NCBI GenBank assembly: GCA_012295275.1
Contig: CM022665.1
Coordinates: forward strand, 12,090,001 to 12,154,000
From: Chrysomallon squamiferum
Taxonomy: Eukaryota > Animalia > Mollusca
DNA: 64,000 bases
Direction of reading: 5' to 3'
The translations under genes were made by a program, and so were the position numbers. Positions 43,605 through 57,404 of this stretch are shown one piece after another. The notes below the pieces were generated by a model. It had not been told where the DNA came from. It worked only from the letters and a program-made list of their open reading frames with translations, and made no database searches. Each line of letters opens with the position of its first letter. Within the stretch, counting starts at the first letter, position 1.

Positions 43605-44092
43605 CTGAATACTACAAAAAGAAACAAGTACAGCACACCCGACACGACCATTCCGTGAAAATTTCACCGAAACGAGATCGAGAGGAACTCGGCAGAAGCC
43701 CGTCGCCTAGCGACGTTTGCGAACAGCACTTGAACGGATCGCCGATGGTTAGTGACAAACACCTTAACATGTATCTGGCGCCACCCGTGACCACATCCAG
43801 TCAAACTCAGTCTATCATAGTCCTGCAGGAACCACCAGTCATCAACCATTCCGAAGTTAAACCCACGCCCTCGCAGCCGATCCTGAACGCTCGCACACGT
43901 CACCAAAAGATTCTGCAGCGTCAAATGTCTGACAATCAGTTGTCTCCCTTTACGTTGACGAACGAACGTCTGGAAGCGATTGTTATTCACGACGCGGTGC
44001 CGGTTGTGCCGTGCACAGTTCGGCCGATACGAGAAGAATACGTTGGAAGTTCCGATACAGTTTCAGATACTGAACAGACTGTGGGCAAATAG
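43605..44092 (+). CDS. stum: stum/SPEC3-family membrane protein, coding exon 3 of 3 (hydrophilic C-terminal tail)
   Basis: Strong acceptor (T-run then ccag|) at 43604. Phase 1 joins in frame (TEYYKKKQVQHTRHDHSVKISPKR...EQTVGK*), with TAG at 44090-44092. Spliced CDS is 253+183+488 = 924 nt = 307 aa. Confidence 0.85.
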
Positions 44093-44712
44093 CTCTCGTC
44101 ACTTTTCTTCGTATCATTATTTTTCAAAACGTAAATTAATGGGAGGTAATACAGGCAAGGCCAAAGTTTCTATTTATGTATTGCTCTTGGAATCTTTCAG
44201 ATATACGCATGCAAACTTTGTACCAGTGTCTATACGTGTCTATGAAAGTTATATTAAAAGTTGTAGACCGTTGTAAATTTTGTATATATGACTGAATATA
44301 TTAATATATATTTTTTTTTTCATGTTATAAAAAGTCCTGTTGACTTTATGGTGGGATGGGAATTAAATTTCAGTTATAAATAAATGAGGCTATGTTTTCC
44401 TCCGTGTATTTGTAACATGGATTTGTGCTCTTCGCAATGGAAAAATTACCAATAAAAAATTACTGGTTCTCCAGTTTTGATAACGCATATTATCACTATA
44501 AAAATATTAAAATTTAATCATCCATTTACATAATAATAAAGTTATAAATGTGTGTGGGGAAGAGATTTATGAAGGGACTATTGAAGGATCTGAAAAAAGG
44601 GGGGCATGATTATTGTGTACTTTTCAAGATAAAATGAGTTCAGTGATAAACTGAAAAACTCGAATATGCTAAAATAAATAAATAAATAAAAATAAAGATT
44701 ATAAAATAAAAA

Positions 44713-44791
<79 letters not shown>

Positions 44792-46057
44792 AATAAATAA
44801 ATAAAATAAAAAATAAATAAATAAAAATAAAAATGTTCTGTGTCGAATACATCTCTTGTAAATCTGCAGTGACTGAGACAGTTAAGATGCGGAGAAAATG
44901 GAAATTTGTGAAAGAAATGATGACAATGACGACTATATCAATCAATTAAGATTCTGAAGAATTTGCACTAATTGTTGCTGACAGCTGAACCAGCAAATCT
45001 TTTAATGGATATGTCAGCATATTATGAACAAGACAATTACAAGATCTCCTTACAAGGCACTGTGAAGAAAATAACGAATATAATAGTATTACAAAACAGT
45101 GTATATATTTCTTTGTTATGGTAACGTACGTTAGTAAACAAATCTTGGAATCAATGTAGCATAACCCACAAGACACTAGTTTTTGAGATAAACTAATGTT
45201 ATTATGTAAACAAAAAGTACATATATTTATTTATTATGGAACTGTATGTTCGTACAAAATAATTTTAGGATTAATGTGGTATAATCCACAAGACAAACAA
45301 TTATTTTTGACGTAATCTCACATTGGCGTTATCTAAAGGATCAGTTGTAAAACTGAAGTGAAGAACTGTGAGGGAATGGACACAAATGTTTCACAATTTC
45401 ATTTTATTAACATCTATATCCATATTATGCAGCCTCGTTTATATATTTATTTATGTTTATTTTGGATTATTCCATTCTGTTTGTCTATTCCATGACTAGA
45501 CTAAACAGTATGATAATTAGTTTAGAGTAGGTCGGTCCTGCGCATGACAGGAAATTAAACCTAACTATTTTTCATAATCGCAAGCAATACTTTCTGATGC
45601 AAATACATTTTTATACAATGATTTTTTTTAATTATTATTATTAATTTTTATTATAAATAATGTCAGTGCGACACCAAAATTCGAACTAATGACACTAATA
45701 AGAATTTAAAACAAAGAAAAAAATCCTTGTTATTATAAATCATTATAAATATATCGATACTGACTAAATATTAACCAACGTTTCTTTATAAATTCTGATT
45801 AAAAACAGTTTCTACACAAAAAATGAAAACAGTTTTTGGGATCCAATTTACTGTAATTAATAACGAATAGTGGCTTCATTTTACAACATCAAAGATTTCA
45901 TTGTTAAAAAAACATCTTCTTAATTATTACCATTTTCATTTTGAATTCTTAAGAAATAACTGTTATTACAAAGATCAGAGAAACTTCTGCACTGAAATTA
46001 AGGAAATGTTTTATTTTATTTTATTTTATTTTTATTTTTTTCTTAAATATATTAAAA

Positions 46058-46271
46058 GAATAAATAAATAAATAAGTGAGTAAGTAAATAAGTAGGTAAG
46101 TAAGTAAGTAAGTAAATAAATAATTAATAAGTAAATAAATAATAAGTAAATAAATAATAAGTAAATAAATAAATAGATAATAAGTAAATAAATAAATAAA
46201 TACATAATAAGTAAATAAGTAAATAAATAAATAATAAGTAAATAAATAAATAATAAGTAAATAAATAAATA
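46058..46271. repeat. TAAA/TAAG-derived ~15-bp satellite (ataagtaaataaata)
   Basis: Direct reading. Confidence 0.88.
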
Positions 46272-47522
46272 GGAACGAACAGATGGTGTAAGACTGAATT
46301 TATGGTTTTTCTGATGAAGCTGTTGAGAGATGTTTGGATGGAAACACACAGATTAGTGACAGTACACTGTCTGTGATAAAATCTTGGCGAGGATTTGCTG
46401 CAGGAAGGTTCGTTGTAATAGATATCTGAGGTTTGATTAAGTATGATAAAAAAATACTTAGTGCTTTTTTTATTTTGTGTTACTACTAGTAAATTCGAGT
46501 TCCATTCAATAAATAAAATCAAATTTAAAAAAAAAAAAAAAAAAAAATTAATAAAATCAAATTAAAAAAAAAAAAAAAAATCTAATTAAATTCACTTTTA
46601 CTGCAATTAAATTTAACTTCTTTCTGCGTTGACACGTCGATATAATGTTGATAATTTGTTTGTTTCTTGTTTATTATTATTATTATTATTATTATTATTT
46701 AAATAAATAATATGACAACTATATTTGGAGCCTTCCTTCACCGACTCCTTGTTATAATCCCGACGGAACGGTTATGACAGAGAACACTTAATTTATTACA
46801 GAGCTATAATAACATACAACAAGAGTTTCTTCAAAATATGCGGTAGATTTACATACAAGACAGCAAGGGTTTTTATTTCTTGGAAATGGAAATATTAAAT
46901 TTCATTCAAAAATAATTTAAGAGAAAAGAGGTACCTTTCATTGTAATAAATCAGATACATGAGTTGAGAAAATAAAATTACAAAGCTGTTATTAAACAAT
47001 ATAATTATTAGTTTCGTATTGTCAACAATATAAAAGTTTTCGATTATCGTAAATCATTAAGTTTTGTTTTGTTTGTTACTTCTCTTTGTCTCAGATTTCT
47101 ACTTTTTATCTTTGTATTAGATTTCGTGTTTTAGCTTTTTATTTGACTCGTTATGGATTAATTATAATTATTTGAAGTTCACCAGTTTGCTATTCCGATT
47201 CGGTTGACATAATGTCGGTTATCAAAACGTTATGTATAACGAATTTACTGATTTGATTTTTAAATTAATTAATTAATTATTGATTTTTTGTTGTTGTATT
47301 TCAGTGATGAAGTTTCTCATATCAGTTCTTTTCTATTTTATGCATACAGACACATGCAGACACATACACACGAGCACGTTACTACTCGTATACATACAAG
47401 TACATGCACACTTTTACCCTCACGCACACATACACACACACACTCAGACACACATACACACACATACAAACACATAAACACATAAACACATACACTTTGT
47501 CACAGTTTATTATATCATACAA

Positions 47523-47559
<37 letters not shown>

Positions 47560-48042
47560 ATTCCCGACAGTTATAATACTATTATCAGATACATACCTGT
47601 ATTCAAATATTCCTATTTTGAACGCATAGATAGGCTTTAATTAATTTAATATATATATATATATATATCAAGTAAAATAAATCATTAGCAAAATGTATCT
47701 GTTTGTAAGGATTTGTCTTATATTTCTCTGTACGACATGACGTCACTTCAGAAAGTTAAATGACAGTGTCCATGTATTTGTATATTATTGTTGTACTTCA
47801 TATTTATGAAAAGATAGAAATAATTAAACCATTCATTTCAAAGAATACAATATATATTTAGATTCCTTACACATTTCACTAGGTACAACATCATTATGTA
47901 AAACACTAATATATTATGATTTCAGATTTCTAGCTATAAATATGCCTTGAGACATTCCTGTTAGCAACTTTCAGAAATTACTTTTACGTATTCAAGAATT
48001 TAAGACCGTTTTAACGCACTAATCTTATGATTTATTGTTTAT

Positions 48043-48170
<128 letters not shown>

Positions 48171-48317
48171 TTCATTACATGTTTTCAAATTCATAATTTG
48201 CTAATTACTATTCACAATTCATTGTTGAATATTTTCCAGTAACTTCTACAACTGTGAAGTATATTTGTTTCGTTTTTTTGAAACTAACCTTTACCTCATG
48301 TAATATTTAACTATTTC

Positions 48318-48359
<42 letters not shown>

Positions 48360-48935
48360 TCACTTAGAACTTAAAGCTTTCAATTTCCACACTGATTTCT
48401 GAAAAAGCCTATGCATGTTTTTCATATAGTCTTTTTTGCTGTTGTTGTTTTCGTTTTTGTTTGCTGTTTGCTTTTGTTTTTTTAAAAGTCACTTAATATA
48501 TATTGTATTATATAATAATTTATTGGTGGACTTTGTCCTTCCTTTTCTTTAAGTCTTTCTTTTTATTTAATTAAACATTTAATTCAAAAACACGAACGTG
48601 CATATTACAATATGAAAATTATTCTAATGGGCGGAAGCATAAATTCATGTCAAAGTATAAAACACAATCAAATTGGTTATTTATCGACCTTAATATATAT
48701 TTACTTCTTTCCCCCCCCCTCCCCGCTATTAGCATAAAGGGATCATTTTATTAATACAGTCAACAAAGCATACTCCATAGCCTTTTACATTCAAATATGA
48801 AAATCGGCTTGAACGCAAAATAGAACACAGAAATGAATTAAAGGAGATTTGTTCTCTGTCATGCTTTAGGTCAAATGTGTAAACAACAACTATATATATA
48901 TATAATTATTCACACACACTAACATACACACGCAT

Positions 48936-48966
<31 letters not shown>

Positions 48967-49338
48967 CACACCTTTTTGTCATATGAGTTTAGACGATTTT
49001 CTGTCTTGTAACCTAATTTGTCAATAAACTCTATACTTATAAATAATTGTGTTTCTTTAATTTATTTCATACGAACATACAAGGTTGTTTAACCTTTCAC
49101 GCGTGATAAATAAAACAGAAGCGTGTTTATGAAAAGGTCCATCCATTTGTTGTTGTTTTCTTATTAATGAACTGAAACCATAAAACACAAACGTATGTGT
49201 AGCTCGGCGTTTCCACGCGTTTTCAAAGCAGGGGCAACAACGAAATGATAAATTTATTCCTAGTCGCTTAAGAATTATTTCCCTTTATTTCATTTTTAAA
49301 CAATGTTTTCTTTCTTTCTTTTATTTTATTTATTTATT

Positions 49339-49369
<31 letters not shown>

Positions 49370-50610
49370 ATTATTTTTCTTTCTTATCCAGTCAAATGCC
49401 GTTAAATATCTTTTGGCAAGAAGAAAAAAAAAAAAAAAATTAAAATTAAAAAAAATAAAACAAAACAAAATAAAATAATAAATAAATATATAAATAAAAA
49501 TAACTAATCATAAAACAGTTAAAAAATAACCAACAGGAAAACCTTAAGATTATTGCCGATTTGATGAAGGCCAGACTAAGTCAGGACCAGTGACAAGCAT
49601 ATCACGTACCCTGGGTGTCACTTGAAGGGGAGACCACTGAGCAATTTCAGTGCTTGCTGTAGCTGCTGTTTTCCGTACGTACTCCCCTGGCAAGGACAAG
49701 GCCTGTAATTTATAAGAGGGTGTCAAAAAAAAAAAAAAAAAAATATAAAAAAAAAAAAAAATAATAATAATAATAATAATAATTAATAAATAAAATAAAA
49801 TAAAATAAAATAATTTAAAATAATAATTAAAATAATAATAATAATAATAAAAAATAAATGAAAATATTAAAATGTAAACTATACAATTGCATACAATTGC
49901 ATAATTCATACTTTTTAATTCGCTATACAGCCAGGTAATACGATAAATAACTATGTCCAACACTTCAGTAATAATAGCATTACTTAGGTGTAGGCACAAG
50001 TTTGAAATGTTAAAAGTAACAAAATTTAGCACGAGCAAATTTTTCACGATACGGGACATGCCTATTTCACTCAGACGTTAAAGTTCAGCGCTCGTTCTGT
50101 TTTGACCCAGTGCCGATCTCGAAAACACTCTTTTTGTTACCAAGTTAACCCTGCCCAAGATTTGATGCACAATATGTTTAATACAGTCTTAAACTTTCAC
50201 TGTGAACGGTAGTTAGATGTATTTTGTTTTCGCGGGACGGATAAACCAGACTGACAAACCACAGTTTGGATATAGTTTCCTTGCAACACTGGCTGTATTT
50301 ATATATATATATGGCTAGGTGTCAATAAAATAGCTTAGTTCTAAGTGGTAAGAGGTTAACATATCGAGTTGTGATATTTCGTATAATTATTGGTAGCCAT
50401 ATATTCAGTATTATTAAAAGATGCATTGGTAGCCATATATTCAGTATTATTAATATATGATTTAGGAGTGTTTTATTATTATTATTATTATTGTTTTTTT
50501 TGTTTTGTTTTGTTGTTTTTTTGTTTGTTTTTTTGTAGCATTTCCATGGCAGAAGAAGAGGGAGATAACTCTATGTACACTCTAGTCTGCCAAGTTGTCG
50601 GAAAACTCCT

Positions 50611-50653
<43 letters not shown>

Positions 50654-51845
50654 AAATCAGTCACCATGGCTTTTATTATTATTATTGTTGTTGTTGTTAA
50701 AATTATTATTATCTAATTTACATAATTATTATTTTCTTTTATTACTTATGTTATTATAAATATTTCTGTATTATTGGGTACGTAAAATGTTTCCTCAGTA
50801 TATAATGAAATGTCCCTATTTTAAATGTCGCTTTTGTTTTCTCTGTTTATGGCAAGCATTTAATAAACATGCACAGGAGATATTATTTCATTACAATATA
50901 ATTATGATTATTATTGTTGTTGTTTGTCGTCGTCATTATCATTACTGAAGTTACTGTTATCTTCTCGTTGTTATCATCATCATCATACTATTTTGTATCA
51001 TCGTAATTCAGCTAAATTTTCAATATTTTTGCTTATAAGAATTACAGTAAGTACAGACAGAGTAGTTTTTTTTCACGTTTTTGTTTTGTTTTGTCCCCGA
51101 CATTTTTTTCTTATGGTTTGATTATTTGATCATTACGATAATGAGAAAGCTTGTCTTTATGAGATTTATAGTTCAGCAATTCAGTGCAAAATCACTAATA
51201 TCCACAGGTTTACTATTTGCGATTATTTTTTTTTTTAAATTAAAAATTACTTTTTTTTTTTTTTTTTTTTTTTTTTGGCTGTAAGATTAATAGGCGGCTA
51301 AAGGTTATATTAAATTGTAGAACATATTCCTTATTAGGTTTCTCTGAATATAGTTTCCTTTCTTTCAAAATTTCCTTCTATAATATCATAATTTTTGTTT
51401 GCATGCGTATAAATTATGTATATATGTGAATGAAAGAATAAATCACTGAATATATATTATTAGACTTTATGCCAGACCCCTAATCTGGAGTAACCAGTTT
51501 GGTGATCTTTTAGTTACTATAATATCTGATTTGTCAGGAATAATATTTGATGGACGTTTCAGATAAGTAGCTTTGTGCCTTTTTGGTCAAGATGGTCTTT
51601 TTTTTAAAGATGACCATCAGATTTGTTTTCCGATACGCTGTTTCTCTCGACCAAATCTATTTAGGAACATGCAGTTTCGAATATTCTGTTTTCTCTGGTA
51701 ACTCAAGACACTGTGGATATCACGTTTTGTGGAGATGACTGTTTGATCATTGTCATCTTGGAAACTGATCTCATCATTGTACATTGCGCTTTTTCTTTCT
51801 TTCTCATTGTTACCGATATTAATTTGTTTATGATTTATCGTGATC

Positions 51846-51881
<36 letters not shown>

Positions 51882-53457
51882 GTGTGTGAGTGTGAGTGTG
51901 TGAGAGAGAGAGAGAGAGAGAGAGTCGCAAAAACACAGAGGAAAGATACAACAGACTGACACGCATATACCCAGAGAGAAAGATATAAACAACAAAAACT
52001 TTATAGGGTCTGCAAATTGTATTTCCTTTATGTCGTCCATTGTTAAAATAAACGTATTTCACACATCAAACAGATTAATAAACGATTCAAAATCTGCTAT
52101 AAATAGGTAACATAAAAATTCTTCAATATATACAGTTTTATAAATATACAAATGCATTTTCAGCAACCAAAAATAAAAAAGCCTCGTGAAACAATATATA
52201 CACAGCAAATATTATTGTTTTGGTTTTACTTCTTCTTTTTCAAAATTTTAATTTTTCTTAAAAGATTTTTTTTTTTTTCCATATATGTATCTAAATAAAA
52301 CACCCCAAAATAATTATACATTTTTCTAACATATTTAATAATTTTTGCCATATTTGGAGCATCGTTTAAAGGAATCCTATCTTGTATATTTGTATATTAA
52401 CCTTCGTTGATCATTTACTGAGCCCGACCAAGACAGAAACAAAAAATAACCAACCAGAAAAAGAAAAAATGATAAAGAAAAAATAAAAATGAATTATTTT
52501 GTAAAAAAAATTGTCTTTACCATCATAAAAATCTGAAAAATGTTTAGCTCAAATGCGATGCAACAATGTTTAAGTTTCTCCATTTATCAGGTGCGTCGGG
52601 CTTAAGAGTATAAACTAGCTTAATTTTAGTGCAATAATCGGCATAAAGAAATATATACGTAATTAATTCTTAATAAAGATACAAAGAAAACAAAAATTCA
52701 ATGTAAGTTCATGTATATTATGCAATTTTAAAATATAACTAACAAAACATGATGTGGGCAGAATTTGGTATTGTACATTACATTTTCCTTATTATGTACA
52801 TACATTTCATTTGTCTCAAAGAAACACATTTCATCTCACATGTTTGTTATCTTAGTATATTCTGATACAAATCTTAATCTCCTTTCTTCACAGAAGAAAA
52901 TAAATAAAAAATAATAAAAAAATTAAAAGCAACTTTAAGACTAATATATAATATAATAAAAAAAAAATTTAATAAATAAAAAAAAAGGAATAATCTACGA
53001 CGATATATTACTTTTTTTCTGTAAACTACGCTGACATTTATTAACAAAATACAAAGTAACCCTCTTCTTAATTTATCCGATTCTAAAAATATGTAATCTC
53101 ATTCACAATGCTTTAAGAAACAAGCACTTAAAAAGATGCCACAACAAACTCTGAAACGAAAGTCAAATATCACACACTTATTTTTTATTTATTTTTTTTT
53201 GTTTTCAAAATAATGCCATGAATAAAAATCCCTGAAACAGCAACTGTATTCCTGCCGATCGTCAAATCTGGCATCACAGTCGAATGTCGCCATCAAGTCC
53301 GCATGGCGACTTGTAATGTTACAGTTGTTTGGAATATCCTATAAGTGAAGAAGTCCAGCCACATTTGAGCATACGTTCGTTTTCTTTTTCAACCTTCTGT
53401 TTTCTTACGTGGGATATATAATTGTAAAAGTGTTTTTTTAAATAATCTTTTGGTTCT

Positions 53458-53630
53458 TCAATAACCTGTGATGGAGTTGGGTGTTTGGAAACTGGAACAA
53501 ATGTCTATATCTGTTTTTCTTTTTTCAAGGTTTTTTTTCTTGAGTATTAATTTTTCTGTGACCATAGTTATGTTTGTGAAATCTTTTTTTATCTTATTTT
53601 CACAACTACTGTTATAATAAAAACATATTT
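53458..53630 (-). CDS. Uncharacterised single-pass membrane protein, candidate alternative last exon (option B)
   Basis: Acceptor gttttttcttcag|. The phase-1 frame is the longest open one: EICFYYNSSCENKIKKDFTNITMVTEK...PNSITGY*. Confidence 0.3.
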
Positions 53631-53699
53631 CTGAAGAAAAACGATGTAATAATTTGAAAGGTTAGAAAATAATGCAATTTGGCTTTTCATTCAAGTATT

Positions 53700-54250
53700 A
53701 CAAACGTTACTTTTAAAACGTAATTTAAACAATACTGAAATAATTTTTATTTACAGTGATTCCCAATGTTGTTTTTAGTTAATGAAGCGCTTAATTCTTA
53801 CAGTAATTTTTGTTAAAACAATACTGAAATTATCTGCATGAAATGAAAAATTCCAATTAGACCTATTCATAATCAGTTTTAAACTAATAGATCTTGAAAC
53901 AATGTTGTAATGTTTTCACAACTGAGTATTACCAAAATTCGTAGATAAGAACGGGATTAAAATTGTTCGTGAAATGTAATTAAAAACAATACCGTAAGAT
54001 TTTTCATTACAGAAAAAATCCTTTCTTCTTGATTAAGCATATACAACAACAATTATTCCTTAACACCCAATTAAAAACAATATTGTGATAATTATCTTAT
54101 TGACTGAAAAATCGTCACTGTTCTTAATTAATTATACATTCCAGTAATTATTAAATCCTAATTAAAAACAACATTATAACAGTCTCCAATGTGGCCTGTA
54201 CTTTAAGCATTTAACATAGCACCAATAGGAATTAGAAAACAAAACTGTGT
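53700..54250. repeat. Degenerate ~85-90-bp tandem repeat
   Basis: Motif (t)taaaacaat(a/g)(c/t)tg recurs near 53725, 53814, 53895, 53980, 54071 and 54162. Confidence 0.55.
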
Positions 54251-54261
54251 TAGGTTCATTT

Positions 54262-54356
54262 TTAGTTTCCAAAACGAACTGTTCTTTGTCGGATTTGCTG
54301 ATGTTTCTTGCATTCTGATGATTCCCAGGAATGTACTTTACAACCAGATGATTTCA
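54262..54356 (-). CDS. Uncharacterised single-pass membrane protein, putative last coding exon (option A)
   Basis: Strong acceptor attttctttatttttctttcag|. Only the phase-1 frame is open, matching the upstream donor: VKSSGCKVHSWESSECKKHQQIRQRTVRFGN*. The model totals 178 aa. Confidence 0.45.
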
Positions 54357-54781
54357 CTGAAAGAAAAATAAAGAAAATAATTAAATACAGTTAATATTAG
54401 TTATTGGTTAATTAGATGATATAGCATTACTGCATAAACTGATGAGCTAAATTTAACGCTATAACCTTTTTAATATCCTATCATACGCCACCAAACCACA
54501 TTTCGCGAACACGTGCGCCTGCACCTATAGACATATGGTAACTAGCAAAATAAATGAAATTGGTTGAAAAAGGACAGAACAGTAAAATATGCAATGCCTA
54601 TTTGATAATAACCATCGATTATTTCTTCATTCTGAATCCATTTACTTAATATTTTAAACGGAATTTTGGGGGTTTTATTTTATTTTTTTTTTTTTTTTTT
54701 ATTCCTTATAACTAATTAGATATTTTACTATGAATCATTCACTAACTGTTAAAAGAGAACAAAATCAAAATGAACACTTAC

Positions 54782-55085
54782 CAGAACTACTTAACGACGT
54801 CATCACTCTGGACCCTATTGCTGCAGCAGTAAACAACACCGCCGCACACACAATACAAAACAGTAATGTCAAAATGCCTTTCACTGCAGGCAAATCTGTC
54901 TTAGCGGATCGTTCGTGGATATCTTTGTCAAACGATTTCATTTTTAAAGATTTAGATGATCTTCTTGACCAAAACGATTCAGGTTTATTCTTCTTAGGAG
55001 TGGAGCAGCGAGGGCCGTAGCAACAGTAGATGTTTGTCGTCGTGTCCGACGTGACAGGTACGGAGTCAACAATTGGAAGAATGTT
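54782..55085 (-). CDS. Uncharacterised single-pass membrane protein, internal exon with TM helix
   Basis: Acceptor ctattttgcag| (phase 0) and consensus donor G|GTAAGT (phase 1) bound a 304-nt stop-free, non-repetitive frame: NILPIVDSVP...IYCCYGPRC...KGILTLLFCIVCAAVLFTAAAIGSRVMTSLSSS. Confidence 0.65.
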
Positions 55086-55958
55086 CTGCAAAATAGAAGA
55101 CAATAAAATTAGGTGTGTGTTATTATCAGTGGTTTTTTTTTTTGGGAATGGATTTTAGGTGCACGTTTTTTTTCTTTCTATTTTGGTGACGCTAGAAAGT
55201 TGTTTGCCAAAGCACTTCGCAAATACACAGCTGACAAGTGCACACTTTTCGAACAAATGACGGAAAAGGAAAGAAAAAAACCAAAAACGTTTTGCTCTCT
55301 GACAACTTAAGATTTTCAACAGTCTTCGAGTTTGCAAATACGATACTCAAGCCATGCACTTAAAGACTGACATCATCAGAATTCATACTTTCCCAAAAAA
55401 AATATATACCAAACTAAAGTATGAAATATCTGCTTATTTCAAACAAAACTATACGTTATGACTTGCTTATGCAACTATTTAACAAGTATATACTATTATC
55501 ATCAAACGTGAAGTATCAGTTTTATGCAGAAACAAAAACGTCAAGGAAAATAAAGTGCCTAAGGCAAAACTCGTCCAGGGCTTTATCGCTTGAGGTGTAA
55601 CGACACCGGCCCTGATTTACTGAAACAAAATATCATAAACATTCTAAGTTGTGTGTCCTACGCACAAAGTTCTTCACACACACGCACCTTATATTTGAAA
55701 TAATTTCTGAAGTTAGAATACTATTCTATACACATCAACTTTTTGCACAGCGCAAATCAGAAAGCTAATACACGGTTAATGTTTAAGATATCAGAATTGA
55801 ACATACATGCATTCTTCAAAAGAAATTTTGAAACCACGGAATTTTTATAATAATTCGTGCAACAACAACAACAAAAATTAATAAAATAAAATAAAAAATA
55901 TGTGAGTTTATATGCAAATAAAATTTTTGAAAAAAGGCATTAGGATCTTGTTTTTTAC

Positions 55959-56096
55959 CTGATCTAGTTGACAGTCGTCGTCTTTTGGCAAGAGTCTAAG
56001 ATTCACGCATTCTATACACTGATTGCCTTCAGAAAAGAGAAAACTCAAATCTGTTCGCACGCCACAAAGTGCCAGCGTTCTGCTAAGCGATTCCAT
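55959..56096 (-). CDS. Uncharacterised single-pass membrane protein, putative first coding segment (5' boundary uncertain)
   Basis: ATG in good context (acaataATGG) gives MESLSRTLALCG...DDDCQLDQ, ending at donor CAG|GTAAAA in phase 0, which matches the next exon. The frame is also open upstream to about 56225 (another in-frame ATG at 56204). Confidence 0.45.
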
Positions 56097-56663
56097 TATT
56101 GTGTTCACTATGTCAAACAACAACAGTCTTTTTTTCCTTTTATTTAGAACACTACACTTGTCTTTCTGAACACAACCAGCATGTCTCGCCTTCCATCTAC
56201 ACATGACAAACAACTTGTTGAGATTTCCCTACTATATTTACGGACTGACCTTTGCCTTCTGTGATTGGACATGCGGAAAGATACGATGACCAATGACAGA
56301 GCAATGTCCACATACTGTCCACGTGTTCACGAGTCCCCGCGCACTCGCGACCTTCACCTTTGCTCGAGCTGAACAGACCGGGAGGAGATGGATTGTGTGT
56401 GTTTGTGTGTGTGTGTGTGTGGTGGGGGGGAGAGTGCAATGAAATCCAGTGGATTATACAGGACATAATCTTGAGAAGAACCTGTGTGAAGTATTTGTTT
56501 AATGTTTGCTATGGGGATTATCTGATTATGCAATAGCTCGTATAAGTTGTTGTCGTTGACACCGGCATGTGTAATCAATTGAGTGTTTGTTGTTACAATC
56601 GAGACGTAATGAAGTTTGCCCTTTGGATACAACCTTTTGAACATTTGAAAAAGCATGTTCATG

Positions 56664-56696
<33 letters not shown>

Positions 56697-56722
56697 TCGT
56701 TCTTGAAATCAGAGATCAAACC

Positions 56723-56759
<37 letters not shown>

Positions 56760-57068
56760 AATTAAATAAATACTAATAACACCAATACAAATAAAAACAA
56801 GATAAAGTGTTTTGCTTATTATTATATATATGTAGACAGTAAAGAATTCCTAATATAAAACTAAATGCAGTATTAGAAATGATAGGACGGATACTTCCAA
56901 GAAACCCTAATGAAGGGATACTTCGTTTTAGTCTTCAAAACATTATACCATTAAAACAAAATTGTATTGTCTGTTTGTACAGATTTTAATTATATTTCAA
57001 CTTGCCAGCCTGCTTCCTAACAGACAAATCTTACTGCTGTGGAATGGACCTTTTATTTTATTTTATTT

Positions 57069-57099
<31 letters not shown>

Positions 57100-57327
57100 G
57101 TCCCTAAAGATCAGTTACAAATATACAGGTCTCTAATTCGAGTTTCTACAACACATTAAAAGGACACCATGTACACAATTCTTAAATTATTGACCAAAAA
57201 GATGACATCGAATTTTATTCTGATACACTGAAGGATTACAGTATGGAGAAGAATGTAGTACAGATAAAATAATAACCACTCGAATTAATTAATCCTCCAA
57301 TTAACTCAAAAAAAAAAAAAAAAAAAA

Positions 57328-57404
57328 GAGCCGGTGCAGGGATTCGACCTTACTAATTACTGGTCTTAATTCTCGTTTCTGAACCGTTAGACCGCCAAGG
57401 ACGC
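57328..57404 (-). mobile_element. tRNA-derived fragment (tRNA pseudogene or SINE head)
   Basis: Minus strand shows A-box-like TGGCGGTCTAACGGTT and B-box-like GGTCGAATCCC at tRNA spacing, followed directly by a T run. No intact cloverleaf is evident. Confidence 0.5.

Noticed and set aside
44379-44520. AATAAA polyadenylation signals after the stum-like stop
   Set aside because: AATAAA is ubiquitous in this AT-rich DNA, so the true site cannot be chosen without 3' end data.
53286-53310. 8-bp stem GTCGCCAT/ATGGCGAC
   Set aside because: Too short to distinguish from chance, and it does not match SECIS, IRE or histone stem-loop consensus.
54782-55085. Resemblance of the TM segment to a chitin synthase N-terminal helix
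   Set aside because: Only generic hydrophobic similarity; no downstream catalytic exons (EDR/QRRRW) are present.
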